From assembly GCA_951406725.2 (NCBI GenBank), contig OX597820.1:22692001-22756000 (forward strand): a stretch of DNA of 64,000 nt, given 5' to 3'. Below the pieces are notes generated by a model, which did no database searches, was not told the origin of the DNA, and saw only the letters and a program-made list of their open reading frames with translations. Numbering within the stretch: the first letter of the stretch is position 1; each line of letters opens with the position of its first letter. Below are positions 12,512-27,023 of the stretch, one piece after another. The stretch comes from Octopus vulgaris (lineage: Eukaryota). The position numbers and the translations under genes were made by a program.

Positions 12512-14061
12512 CTGCTTGTGATACAAAAAAAAAAAAAAATGGAAAAAAACAAACTTGAGGTGAATAGAGATGAATGAATGCAAAAGGTAATTTCCATGTG
12601 AGTGAGTATGGTAAGGAATCCTGATGTGATGTCAATAGAAAAAAAAAATATATATATATGGACGTGTATGAACAATGATGTGATTATTGTGAGATAAGGA
12701 AGAACAGTGAGCCTTTGGTTTAGATCTTATAAGCAATGAGAAATGGCTGTGTGGAATTCTATGTGGATGCAAGAGATTAATAGAAATAGAGCCACAATTA
12801 ATAATAGTTATATAATAAAGATTTGGATCAGAGTTTATTAAAGTTTGATTATATTGCTGTTCTCCTTTTGCTTTTTGCTTTTTTTTTTATCATTCAAGTT
12901 GAAGAATTTAAATCTAGTAAACACTCTAAGTTATCGTTAAAAAATTAACAGAACAGTAAAGGAAAAAAAAAAGTAACTATTTAAATATTATAAGAAAAGG
13001 TTTCACTAGATGGAGATGGTAAGGGTGAAGAGAAGGTACAAGTGGTTGTAGATGAGAGCCAGTGAAGCAGTGACTGTGAAAATATGCGATGACATAGCTG
13101 AGACTGAGGCTGACAGTGGTGACATGAAGAGAGAAAGAGAGAGAGAGAAAAAAAAAAAAACAATGATGGAGAGGATAGCTGGAAATGAATGAATTTACTG
13201 TAACCTTTTTTTATTCCGTGTGCACAACACATTTTGCAAATTATGTTGCTCCGTTTTAGCTTTTTTTTTTTTTTCTTTTGGTATACTTCAAAAAACATTG
13301 CTAACTATGAAGGACTATGAAACAAAGATGAACAACAAAAGCCTAATCTAGCGAGACTAATAAAGCCTGGCGAGACTAATAAGCTAAAATACATAATATA
13401 TATATAATAAAAAAAAAAGATAAATAAAAAGCAGCAGAAAAACAAACATTTAAAAAATTAGCAATCAATCTGCTATTTTGTTTAGAATAGAGGACTTCAA
13501 AAACAACTGCTGGCAGGTGAGCCAAGTTGGAATAAAATAGCATCAAAAATTAATACCATGATGTTATTTTGATGAGTAGAGTTAAATAATTAAGGATATG
13601 AAAATATACAGGCAAGGTTGAAGTTTAACCTATGGAATTATTGTGTTAAATTATCAAAGTACCATTGTATAATCAGACAAAATTTTACACAATGGTATAT
13701 ATGAAATGGAAATACCAAATAATAGTAATGATAATAATAATAATAGTGTATTTCCAAATGAATCTTCTCAAATTGAATTTTGTAAAATTTCCCATCCGAG
13801 AGGAAATGTTTTAGTCACAACATTCAGTTCTAACAAAAACAACAATGATAAGCCAATGCAGAAAGAAAATTCGTTGCAGTTATAAAGTATATTAGGATTG
13901 AGGGTTGCAGTTATGTCATGTTGTGTATATGTGTGTGTGAGACAGGTCTTTATGGTGCCAGTATGTTCCTGCTTCAAGATGATTCTTAGCAGTAGGTTAG
14001 GGATGAAGAAATACCCTTTCTTTCCATTTAAATAAAATTTTCTTTATATTTGCCTAGGTTA

Positions 14062-14970
14062 TAATAATAATAATAATAATCCTTTCTACTATAGGCACAA
14101 GGCCTGAAACTTTGGGAGAGGGGCCTATTTGATTACATTGAACCCAATGTATAACTGGTACTTATTTCATCGACCCCAAAAGAATGAAAGGCAATATCGA
14201 CCTTGGCAGAATTTGAACTCAGAACACAGGGAGGAATGAAATGCCACTAAGCATTTTGCCCAGCATGCTAATGATTCTGCCAGCTCTCTGCCTTCATATA
14301 ATAATAATCCTTTCTACTATAGGCAAAAGGCCTGAAATTTTGGGGGAGGAGGCCAGTCAATTAGATCAACCACAGTGCGCAACTGGTACTTAATTTATTG
14401 ACCCCGAAAGGATGAAAGGCAAAGTTGACCTTGGCAGAATTTGAACTCAAAAATGTAAAGACAGCTGAAATACCTATTTCTTTATTACCCACAAGGGGCT
14501 AAACATAGAGGGGACAAACATGGACAGACATAGGTATTAAGTCGATTACATCGACCCCAGTGCGTAAATGGTACTTAATTTATCGACCCCGAAAGGATGA
14601 AAGGCAAAGTCGATCTCGGCGGAATTTGAACTCAGAACGTAACGGCAGACAAAATACCGCTAAGCATTTCGCCCAGCGGTATGAAATACCGTTAAACACT
14701 TTGCTCGGTGTGCTAACTTCATATAATAATGATAACAATCCTTTCTACTATAGACACAAGGCCTGAAATTTGGGGGAAGGGGATGATTCAATTACATCGA
14801 CCCTAGTGCATAACTGGTACTTAATTTATCTGCCCCCAAAAGGATAAAAAGGCATAGTCAACCTTGGTGGAATTTGAACTCTGAATGTTAAGGATGAACG
14901 AAATGCCGCTAAGTATTTCACCTGGCATGCTAACAATTCTGCTAGCTCGCCACCTTCATATAATAATAAT
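14062..14970 (-). mobile_element. Tandem and nested array of SINE family B (tRNA head, Nin-like gcctttcatcctttcggggtcgataaattaagtaccag core, (ATT)n tail)
   Basis: Four units of about 200 bp, mostly separated by (AAT)n. One unit (14475-14681) is nested, with TSD TGAAATACC. Confidence 0.88.
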
Positions 14971-17934
14971 AAAGGAGTGATTTCCTAAGGAACATAATGT
15001 GGATATATTTAGTTAAATTACTAATATTGATATATTTGATAAAAATTTATTGCAAATTTTATTCAATGAAAATTTAATGCAAAACTGTCAGCTGGACAGC
15101 ATTACAGAATATTTGATGAAAGAAAGCGTTACTGTAACAGCAGATGGAACATATTTCTGGCAGATAATGGGTATATATATAGAAATATACCATGTTATAA
15201 CGAAAGGTGTTATCAACACGAAACAGTATGTTGTTTAAGTGGAAGACTACAGTTGTGCATCTATTGCAGTTGAGACAACAACAAAAAAAATAAGAAAAAA
15301 AATTAGAAACAAAAAAAAAAAACAAGTATGTACAGTGATTCTGTGCTCCTTTTATGGGGCACTACTAACCTTATTACTGTGTTCTGATCCAGTCCATATC
15401 TGGTAAAATAACAGAGCACAGGGTCAAGTATAAAAAAAAGGAACGTAAGAGGGACAAAACTTTGGGCACAAAATGGGATTAATCTCTTTCATGCTTCAGT
15501 TGGTTCATGAAGGTTGTCTAAGATTCTTAAGAAAGACCCTAATGTCAGAGATGTAAAAATGGACTGAATGGAAAATGTTAAAAGAGATAAAATGGTCAAG
15601 AGGTAATGTTCATGGAAAAATAATTTCAGAAAGCCAGAAATGCAGAATTTATGCAAAAAATAAATAAATAATAGCTAAAAAAATTTTTTTTCATTTTAAA
15701 ATGGGATGGTGATGTTATTTCCAAGGGAAGCCAAGACCAAAAATATTTTTAAAAAACCTTGGTTCTGTGACATATTATCGAGATTAATAAAAATTTTCGA
15801 AGCTACTTTCACAAGAAGAAATAAGTGTGAATTATAAGAAGACCATACTTATAAAAAAGGAATGTAAAAACAAAATGAATATTCTAGAATAAATTCTAGT
15901 TATTTTAGCTTGATAAATATGAGAGTAGGGGTTAGATATTTTAGATAAACATTCTCTCAAGATTCAACAGAGTATTAAAGAGCTAAAACTTTTATTTTCG
16001 AAGAACTTCTCTGCTGTCTATCAGTCTCTTTCCAAACAAACACACACACACACAAATCTAAAATTAATATGGCTGAGTGCATAAAGTGTTTGAACTACTA
16101 GCTCATGAACTGTGAGATCAAATCAACTATAAGTATTCTATTAATTTCTATTTTGGATTTGGTTTGTAAGGTAAATAACGGACAGAGTCAAAACTATTGA
16201 AAAGGCTGCAAGACGCAACGAAAATTTTAGGAAAATAAAAATAAGAAAAAAGTGGAAATTTTACCGGTGAGTGTGTTACATTATAAGGCACAAAAAGAAA
16301 ATGACTCTCCCCAGACACAACAGAATATTCTCTTAATTCTATAGAACTTAATTCATTTAACTGTTGATAACAGTTACCAGATCTTCATGACATATTAGCT
16401 GCATTAAACTGGTGTCACACCTAAGAAAAGAAATTCATTCCACCCAGTCACAAAATACCACGGTACTACAATGATTTCCATATGTCTTTAATCCTTTTTG
16501 CTATCATATTTCTGTTGAAATACACTTGCCCTGTCTCAATTAATTTCGAAAATAATTTGGAATTTTGTAAAACAACACTGTCTCTTAGGATTAGGAGAGA
16601 TTATCTGAATGGTGTTTGGAATATAAGTTAACATTTTGAGGGAGGTTTCTAATTTGGATCCCTTTAAAACAGGGAATTTGTATCGTAGAGCCAAAAGTAG
16701 TTTCAGGATGAATGCCTCTGAATTGGTATTTCCTTAGCAGCTCATATCTTTTACTGGACCATTAGAGAGATGGATGCTATAGTTAGTGTTGTTATCTAAG
16801 ACATATCTCTTTTTACCACATTAGCATTAACTGGTTGAAGTTTGCTAAAGCAAATATTTTAAAGTTTCCTACAGCTAACCACTCAGCTGGTAGTTGAACC
16901 AGTTTTGTCAGCCTAGAAGAGCAAGGAAGGGAGTGTTGTATAACATATCTCTAAGGGTACAACTCTAATATACTAGTGATTGTATAACTATTATATCAAT
17001 TCCAAATATACAAAGCTTAGTGATTTGGGGACTGGGTTCATGATCCTAAGGTGGCAGGGTTTGATTCCTGGGCTAGGCACTGTATTATGCCAATGCGTAG
17101 TTAGTTCACATTACTTAATAAGGAGCATAGGGCTGGTTTCCTGGTTTCTCTGGCATATACAGTATATTCCTCCTTGGATACGATGATATTCTGTCAGAGG
17201 ATTGTTCGTTTTTATCAGTTCAGTGGAGTGAAGCAACATGAAATGAAGTGTTTCACCTAGGAACACAATGCATTATCTGGTCCAGGAATAGAAACCACAA
17301 TCTTACAATCATGAGTCCATCACCCTAACCACTAAGCCATGCACCTCCATGTGTAAGGCACTTCATTTCATATTACATTAACTGTCACATCCACTATATT
17401 CTGCTGGGTCAAGGACAGCAGAATCTATGTTTGCTCACACTAAGCAAAACCAATTACAGAAAGCACGGTACATGCTACCAGCTCATGTGCAACATACTAG
17501 TGAGTAATGGTTATGGTTTATGGTTCCATCTATTCTATTCATCACTGAACAACATAATGTGTAAAAGGCTGAAAAAAATCATGAAAGATTCCTACAAGTT
17601 ATAGGTGCAAGCTGTTGATTATCTTGATTATTAGAAATACAAATTGTAACAGCTTCAGGTTGCTAGGCAGAATTAGAAAGCCAGCTACAGTATCTTAATA
17701 TCTTGATAAGGTGATTGTTCAACAAATGCACAGAAAATTAAATAAATATAATGTCATAGAATGATTAATGCAGTGACAACTTGGAACACAGAAGAAACTA
17801 TAATGTTGAACCAGCAGTTCTAGGTCCTTAAAACTATCTTAGCCAGCAGAAGTGTGAAATTGTTTAATTTTTTTCCTTGCCATTTATGTACATAATGATC
17901 AATATTGTAACTCTTTTATTATTATTATTTACTG

Positions 17935-18262
17935 GCACTTGTGCCCGTGCTAGTAGGGTGCCAAGAGCACCATCTGAGCGTAATCATTGCTAGAGCAGCC
18001 AACTGGCTTCCATACCGGTGGCATTTGTAAAAAGATTCAAGCGAGGACGTTGCCAGTACCACTGACTGGCCCCCGTGCCGGTGGCATGCAAAAAGCACCC
18101 ACTACACTTTCGGAGTGGTTGGCATTAGGAAGGGCATCCAGCTGTAGAAACTCTGCCAAATCAAGATTGGAGCCTGGCGCAGCCATCTGGTTCGCTAGCC
18201 CTCAGTCAAAATCGTCCAACCCATGCTAGTATGGAAAGCGGACGTTAAACAATGATGATGAT
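17935..18262 (+). mobile_element. Repeat family D with (GAT)n tail (RTE-type LINE 3' end or RTE-partner SINE)
   Basis: aaaagcacccactacact..ggttggc.ttaggaagggcatccagctgtagaaac...ccaacccatgc.agcatggaaagcggacgttaaac(gat)n. Further copies at about 34530-34810, 36795-37020, 40125-40370 and 59260-59478. Confidence 0.75.
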
Positions 18263-19164
18263 TATAATAATAATAATAATCTTTTCTACTAAAGGCACAA
18301 GGCCAGAAATTTGGGAGAGGAGGCTAGTTGATTACACTGACCCCAGTGCATTACTGGTATTTACTTTATCAACCAAGGAAGGATGAAAGGCAAAGTCAAC
18401 CTCGGTGGAATTTGAACTCAGAACATAAAGACAGACAAAATGCCTCTAAGCAGCTTATATACAATAGGCTGCCACACAGTTTCCATCTACCAAATTCACT
18501 CACAAGTTTGGCCTAGGGCTATAATGCTACAGTATAAGACACTTGCCCAAGGTTCTGTGCAGTGAGACTGAACTCAAAACCACATGGTTGCAAAGTGAGT
18601 TTCTAAACCACCGAGCCAAAATAACAGAGTAAAGGAGAAATAAGACAACGAGAACAACAGAACTACTCAAGAAATCTAATTGAAACCTAATTCATTTTCA
18701 GTAAAATGTATTTTAGAATCTAAAAAATATACTGCATAAACATTTATGAACGTCTGACAATAGTGTTCGTGAAAACATCATTCTGCATACTTGGTAATTC
18801 ATTTACATAATCCTCATTATCTACTGCGTTTCTCACCTATGCATGGCACAGCTATCAGCTGATCTCTGTTTACTTCAGTAACTCCTGAGCTGCTTTAGAA
18901 TTTTATCAACAACAAATGCCTGTGAGCATTTTCAAATAGCTTATTCTGTCACTCCCACACATTGAGAGCTACACAGAGCCACACACAATGTCATTCAAAT
19001 ACACACACACACATATACACAAACACACACACAATAACAGTTTCTAAACTAAAAGTAGCTATATGTAATAATGAGCCATAACCATGTCCTAATGTCACAA
19101 ATTTTTATGGATGGGGCACAATTTATTAAGCTACCCCTAGTGAGGTATTTACTTTATTACAGAC

Positions 19165-19589
19165 AAGATCAGGAATTTTGAGTTAAGGGTGTAGTTGATT
19201 TAATTGATCCTAGTACTTGGCTGTTTGTTATCATTTTTAATTCAGATACAAGGTGAGTAATTCTGGAGGGAAGGAATATTTTTTCAACCCAAGGAATGAA
19301 AGGCCAACTTGACTACAATAGGATTTGAACTCAGAACGTAAAGTGAATTCGTTTAGCAATAATAATAATAATAATAATTCAATCTACTATAGGCAGAAGG
19401 CCTCAAATTTGGGGAAGGGGACTAGTTGATTACATCAACCCCAGTGCTTCAGTGGTACTTAATTTATTGACCCCAAAAGGATGAAAGGCAAAGCTGACCT
19501 CAGCGGAATTTGAACTTAGAATGTAGCGAAGGGCGAAATACTGCTAAGCATTTTGTCCAGCATGCTAACGATTCTGCCAGCCCGCTGCC

Positions 19590-19636
<47 letters not shown>

Positions 19637-20385
19637 CCTTTCTACTATAGGTACAAGGCCTTAAATTTGGTGGGGAGGGTACTAGTCGACTACTTCAACT
19701 CCAGTATTTAACTGATACTTAATTTAATGACCCCAAAAGGATGAAAGGCGAAGTTGACTTCGGCAAAATTTGAACTCAAAACATAGACGAAATGTCACAA
19801 ACCATTTTGCTTGGCATGCTAACAATTTTGCCAGCTCACTGCCTTAATAATAATAAGAATATCCTTTAGAGCTTCTATAGAAAGTTTGCCTCTTAGGTAA
19901 TAATAATAATAATAATTGTTTCAAATTTTGACACAAGACCAGCAATTGCAGGGAGGTGTAAGTCGATTACATCAACCCCAGTGCTCAACTGGTACTTATT
20001 TTATCAACCTTGGAAGAATGAAAGGCAATGTCAGCATCAGCAGAATTTGAACTCGGGATTTAAAGATGGATAAAATGCTGCTAAGCATTTTTTCCAGTGT
20101 GCTAACAATTCTGCCAGCTTGCAACCTTAATAATAATAATAATAATAATGATTTCAAATTTTGGCACAAGGCCAGCAATTTAGGGGAGGGGTTAAGTTGA
20201 TTACATTGACCCACCCACCCCCAGTGTTCAACTGGTACTTATTTTATCGATCCCAGAAATATGAAAGGTATAGTCGACCTTGGATGAATTTGAACTCAGA
20301 ACATAAAGATGAAATAATAAGGATGATGTTAATACTACTACTATTATTGGTAGCAACAACTGTTTCTAATCTAGGCACAAGCTGA
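19165..20385 (-). mobile_element. Tandem array of SINE family B (at least 5 units) with (AAT)n spacers
   Basis: Repeated gaaaggcaaagtcgacc...atttgaactcagaa units. Confidence 0.87.
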
Positions 20386-21574
20386 AAAATCTTTGATTAG
20401 CTGATTAAAATTGACACCAGCATTTATTAAAATTTCCATTTTTTCAAAAAATCTTAAGTCGCAATTTTATTTATTTTTTTTTCCTTTTAGCATGAAGTCA
20501 CGAATCTGCTAGAGAGGGAGGTGTGTGGTTGATTGAAATGAATATAGCAAAACAACAATGTTGATTGGTAACCTCATCGCGCACAAGACCAGGCATTTTA
20601 GGCCAGGGCACAGACCATTAACTAACTCGAGTACTCAGCTGATTCTCAACTTATTGACCTCTTAAAGGACGACAAGTAAGCGTGAACTCCGCAACATTTG
20701 AACTCAGGGTGTAAAGGGACATAACTAAATACTCCAATGTAGTTTAAAAATACAAAAAAAAATAAAAAAGTTCCCATCATTAATAAAACTATTTCATCTA
20801 ATCTGTTTTGTAGATAACTTCAGACAAAGTCAAGCTGAAACAAGCTAAAATTTTAAAACTATTCTTCTTCTTCCAATAAATATTAACATAGATATCAACT
20901 CAGTTTAAATTTTACAAAAAATTAAATAAGCAAAAAATATGTTGTATATCTAAGATCACTGAAGATGAAAATTATTTCTTTTCAATTTGTAGATAATCTT
21001 TAGAATTTTGATAAGAAAAACCTTGAAAAATTATATTCTGAATCCAGTATAGAAAAATATACAGATAACAAAAAAGATAGCAATTATTACATTTAAGTAT
21101 TTATATAAAAGTTTATCAATTTTTCATCTGTCTTCTTAGAGTTTCCATACAAAAGAGTATATATAAAATCTAAATGAAACTTGTAATATTTTAATGACCA
21201 CATCTAGAAAATGAATAATATTTGCATTTTTAAAAAAAAAATTGTCCTGGTTTAATGTTTTTTTTCTCTCCCTAGATCTTTCATTTGTGATAAATTGAAA
21301 TAAATATTTATGCTGTGTAGAAGAAGATAACTGTAAACAAACAGTAATACACAACATCTTTGTCAATTTATGATATTTATGATATAAACAAACAGGTACG
21401 GTTTGTTTTTCTTTTAAAAATCAGATGAGACATAGACAGATAAAAAAAAAAAAAAAAAAATCAGCACATAGATAAGATATAGTAAGTAGGGTAGGAGACA
21501 GAGGGAGGGGAATTGAACAAAGACAGAATAAAGAGATAGAAAACCCCAAACGTAGCCAGGGTAGTTCCACTCAC

Positions 21575-21711
21575 CTCTCGTCACTATGCGCTAAAGCTGC
21601 TGCCACCCTTTCTAACCGTATTGAACGAGGAGTTGGTGGACTTGATTCACATTTAATTTGATGACCTTCTTCTGGAATCGCACTGTCGTCACGACTGTAT
21701 TGAACGGCAGG
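21575..21711 (-). CDS. PPFIA1: Liprin-alpha exon: PAVQYSRDDSAIPEEGHQIKCESSPPTPRSIRLERVAAALAHSDE(R)
   Basis: Contains the liprin-alpha IKCE(T/S)SPP.(S/T)PR..RL motif. Acceptor ttccttcttccag and donor GAG|gtgagt; 137 nt, phase 0 to 2. Confidence 0.92.
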
Positions 21712-21998
21712 CTGGAAGAAGGAAAAATGCATTATATTGAAGACATCGAGAGAAAGAAAAGAGAAGAAGAAAGGAAAAAAGGAAAAAAAGAATCAAAAAT
21801 TAATTTTTGGTTCAGCTAATTATTTTCTCGTTTGTTTTTTTCTTTTTGTTTCCTTTTCTTTTTCTTTTCAACATGAACATTACAAAGCAGTTTTCTTAGA
21901 GACAATATTGAGAATAGAGTGAAGAATAACACAGTAGCAGTACTGAGTTGAATCTTTGCTTTTCAATCCCATTCCAGTAATATTAGTGATTATTTAGG

Positions 21999-22041
<43 letters not shown>

Positions 22042-23960
22042 GGAAAGAGAAGGAAAGAAAGGTAAAAGTGAAGTAATAACATTAGAGAAAGATAAAATGA
22101 ATAGATGTAGGATATAAGAGCTGGATGTCACATGTGAAAAATGAAGTTGTTATCAATGTGAATTTAAGTTTGCAGAGGAAAATGAAAAGAGGTTGAAAGA
22201 AAAATTTGAACATGAAACTGAAACCTCACATTGAGAAATTTAAATAATAAAAAAAATACAGAAAAAAAAATTCTTTATATCAATCAAATTATGCTAAGTA
22301 AATAGGAAATTAATATATGCAGGTACACTGGATGAAATGATATATTATTCAGGGAGATATTAACAATAAATTACAAATCAGAATATTTTCTTCTTTTTGT
22401 TTTTTGTTACCCAAACTATGTTCATAAAAGTTGGGTATATATAAAGTAAATACTACACCATTTATACATTTCCAAACAAAGCAAACACACACACACACAC
22501 ACATATATACATACATACACATGGATACACACACACACACTAATATATATATATATATACACATACATACATATAAAAATACATATATACCTTGACAAAC
22601 ATGCACACACATACATATATATATACATACATAGAAAATAGAATTTCCTCCCATTTTGAAATATCCTAGAAGCTATTGGCATATTGTCTTGCACACATAT
22701 CCTACACAAACTAAAGTGAATTTGACATTAGAAGCCTATACATAATTGATAGCCATAAAACAGTGCCACACAGCAGCCTGCATACTACTGTCTCCACAAG
22801 AGAAAGTATAAGAACAGAGCTGACAGTATCCAGTTTCAATAGACTGTAAAAATTCTGATATATTGGAATCAATGCTGTATTGAAACAAGTCAACGCTTCA
22901 TGAGGCCAAGCATACGAAGAATTAAATGCAGCTTATTGTTCAATTTTTTATCCACTTTTTTTCCCCCTCTCTGCCTAAGATAAATATGAGCAGCTCAAAC
23001 AATATATCTTTATCCCCTAAGAGGGAATGCAGAAAAATACACATACGTTTGATTTTTAAATTGATTTTACAGCTAGATTGTTATTGAAATTTGATCACAG
23101 TTATTTTCTAAACAGTAAGATGAAAGAAGAACTATTTCAACCGAATCACACACACTCACAAATACACAAAAAGGAAACTGGACTTGGAAACTTATAACAA
23201 ATAACAAAACTAGCCATAAAGAAAATAAGACATTAATAATCTCAAATATTTCCAATATTAAAGGAATTATATACTAAGGTTTCCTACATTGAAAAGGGGG
23301 AAAAAAAGGCAGTTGATTTTTTTAAACCGATTCTATTGAAGAAACAAACAACTTGTTTGTGCTATGATTCCTAAACATACTCCTAGCAGAATTACCTGCT
23401 GATGACAAATCAATAGCTAATAAAGCAACATGTAATTAGGTGATGATACACTGAAAAATTTGATGGCGGTGAAGGCGGGGAGGAAGGATCTACACAGGAG
23501 TAATTGCAACATCAGCTTGTTGATTTTTTGATTTTTCTTTTCTTTCATCTTATTTTTTTTTTCTTTCGATATTTTAGAAATTTGAAAATAAAATAAACCA
23601 AAACAAAAGACAAAACAACTACATTAAAAATAATTTCTAGATTCCTGCTTAAGATGTGCATGTGTTCCATAAGAAAATGGAACAAGATGCAGTGCCAAAA
23701 GGGGAGAGAGAGAGAAAGAGAGAGAGCTGTGGAGGGAGGTAGAATACAGGTATTATCTATTCAGACTACAACTTCTCTGATATATGCCAAAATTAGTAGC
23801 TACCAAAAAGCTGATGTCTTGAAATCAATGTCAGATTTTACAAGCACGCACAACAAGGAAGGTGTTGTTTCAGCTTGAAGCACTGATGCAGATATAACAG
23901 GAAGTCATTTTTCTTCCTTTGATTTAACTGAAAGGATGACGGTTTCATGTATGTATGTAT

Positions 23961-24018
<58 letters not shown>

Positions 24019-24885
24019 TAATATATGTGCACATACTATGTACAAAACAACAAAAATGGAACTAGTAATGATTTTTGAACACATCACTATCTCTGCATAC
24101 ATGAAAATGAGCGAGTGTGCATCTACCTAATGCAGTAGTAAAAAAAAATTGATTTGATAATTTATTATCGCAACAGGTTCTGTTTTAGAAATATTTAATC
24201 AACTACAAGAGCTAGAGACAAAAAAAAAAAAAGAATAAATCTCTACAAAAACTGATTCTATACCATATAATAATGACAAAAAAAAAATTGCTCAAGAGAA
24301 TTATTCCTCATAAAAATTCTCACATATAATATAGAATTTAACACTCCCTAATAGCCATCCTTAAAAGTTAACCATAAAACTGTCAGCTAAGTTAAACCTG
24401 CATCTGTTAAGCACAGTAAAATCTATTTAATAGTCTAATGTAAAGAAGAGATCATTAGTAATATTAAGTAAGTCAATACTCGCTCATCTGATAGCCTGAT
24501 TCAAGCAAAGGAGAATTTCGCATAATACTGAAAAGAACACAACAACCACAAAAAAACAAACAGTAAAGATATATATCTTCAATTATAAGAACAGTAAGAA
24601 AAAATCAGAGAAAAAACAACCCAATATTAATAATTTTGTCCCTACGTTAAGAGCTCTGCCAGCAAGTAACACTCCTTCAGTGCATATCTGTATGTTCATA
24701 CAACATTCACATACATATTGTTTTCATTACTTGCTGGGGCTGGAGGAAGGGACAGAGCTCATGACTCTGGCAGACCCTTCAAGACTTGTGAAGTTTATGC
24801 CATTAATGTTTTTCTTAAACCAATAAGAGCCAATTTGTGGCCTGCAGCCACAGAGGCTTTCTGAATGGCAAGCCTGATATTTTAT

Positions 24886-25238
24886 CTTTCACTCGTTTCA
24901 GTCATTAGACTGCAGCCATGCTGGGGCACCGCTTCGAATTTTTAGTCGAATGAATCAACTCCAGCACTTATCATTTTTTGTAAAGTCTAGTACTTATTCT
25001 GTCGGTCTCTTTTGCCGAACTGTTACATCACAGGGACGCAAACACACCAACACCGGTTATCAAACAGTGGTGGGAGACCAAAACACAAACACACGAATGA
25101 CGTGCTTCTTTCAGTTTTCGCCTACCATATCCACTCACAAGGCTTTGGCTGTAGAAGACACTTTCCCAAGATACCATACAGTGAGACTGAACCTGGAACC
25201 ATGTGGTTCGGAAGCAAGATTCTTATCACACAGTCACA
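24886..25238 (-). mobile_element. SINE family A
   Basis: Same head, core and tail motifs. Confidence 0.8.
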
Positions 25239-26970
25239 CTTGATGAAAAATTACCTAGGATTGTTTTAGTAGTGCATCCCACCTGATGATAAGCTATGTC
25301 TTATGGTCTGCTTCTCAGAAAAGGTTTGTCATTGCCTGGTTTAAACTGTTAAACGCTTGCATGAAGGCATGAGTGGAGAAGAAATTCTAGAGAGCCATTG
25401 CTCTTGAGAAGAAGAATTGAGCAAAGAAGACAGGGTGGAGAATGGGGTAGGACACTATGAAGGTGATGAGAAGTGGAGAGATAAGTAGGTTAGAGGTAGC
25501 TGAGTGGTGGATCTAAAAGATTAGCTAGAGTCCTCACAGTCACTGGAAATGCTTAGACCTCATTATCATCAAGGAACTCTCCTAGCAGAAGCACATAAGC
25601 ATTTTTATCTAAGAGGTATGCGAATGGCACAGCAGCATTTGAAATATACAAGGGACCATAAATAACGACTACCCAGTGTTCCATGTACTTTAAAACTGAG
25701 TATGAAAAGATTTTAACAAAGAAAAATATCTACTGCATTACTATGAAGAATTAAAATTTAGAAGACTTTTTCAGTATAATATCGTTAATGAAAAAGAACG
25801 AAACAAAACAAAAAATGTTACTGAGTGCCAAAAGACAGTTGAGAGTCAGTAATTAGATCTAGTTTTCTGGAGTGGAACTGATTGAGAGACAAATAAATGA
25901 GAGACATTCTGGATAGACAAATTGAGAGACATTTTGATAGAATGTCATCAATAATATTTTTAAATAATCTGGCAGCTATATATATTCTTGACAGCTGAGG
26001 TGAACACAAGTGACATACAATGGAATGCTGTATCTTGAAATTCAACAAAATAGTAGTAGCAGCAGCAGATTTGAACTCAAAACACTTCACTTTTAATGCA
26101 AGGAGAAAAACTGTCCCCTCCCTCCAACACACACACGCACCAAATATTTCCAACTGTATTCTTATATTTTCTTTACATTCAGTTTGTGGCACTCATTATG
26201 TATCATAATACAATGGAACTTTGGAACAAGTCATGACTACTTTTTTACCAATTCTTGGAAATTGCAATTAATTTACATTATAACACTTAACAAAAATATA
26301 AAGAATAAAAAACAACAACTTTAGTATATACTATATATACTAGTGTAATACCCATCAAAATAGATGGTGTTTATTTCTGCCCCCTTCCAGTAATTCTTAA
26401 TTTCTTCACAAGACTTGCATTTTCTTTTTGTGTTTCATTTTGTCTTCTTTCAGTTATTTTTATAAAAGTTTTTTACTTCCACTCATTCTCCTCCAATACT
26501 CTTGCACATTCACATACTTCATTATTTCTGCTCTTCCTCCCTCTCTATCTCTCTCTAGACATATATTCCCCTCAATCTTTTCCTCTCAATAAAAATATGC
26601 CCACCTCTCTATCATTCTCTTGCCCTCTACTTTTATCATCTTACTTTACTAATTTCACCTCTCCAATGTATCTTTCTTTTTTCCACCTCTGCTCTCTTAC
26701 TCACAATATCTCTGCCTCCACCCTTTTTTTCCCATTCCTCTCTATAAGTTACTGTCTGCTCACATCACTGCCTGTCACACAAGCAACTGCTGACTACTGA
26801 GTTTTTACCAACCTCTTTCTCTCTCAACCTACTCTATCTTTCTATCTAATCTAATTCTCTTCATTATACTATCATTCTTTTTTCACCTCTTTCAGTATAT
26901 CCACCGCTTTCCGTTCTAACATGACAGAAAAAAAACACAAAATAAAAACTGACATGTGACTTGATATTTT

Positions 26971-27023
<53 letters not shown>

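Noticed and set aside
14062-14970. Repeat-spacer-like array resembling CRISPR
   Set aside because: The units are SINEs of about 200 bp with (AAT)n linkers in eukaryotic DNA, and there are no cas genes.
24731-24813. GC-richer Ser-rich segment KNINGINFTSLEGSARVMSSVPSSSPSK
   Set aside because: Poor acceptor, and the phase does not fit the phase-0 intron.
25290-25640. Possible CR1/Jockey-like LINE 3' remnant on the minus strand
   Set aside because: Too degenerate to call without a profile search.
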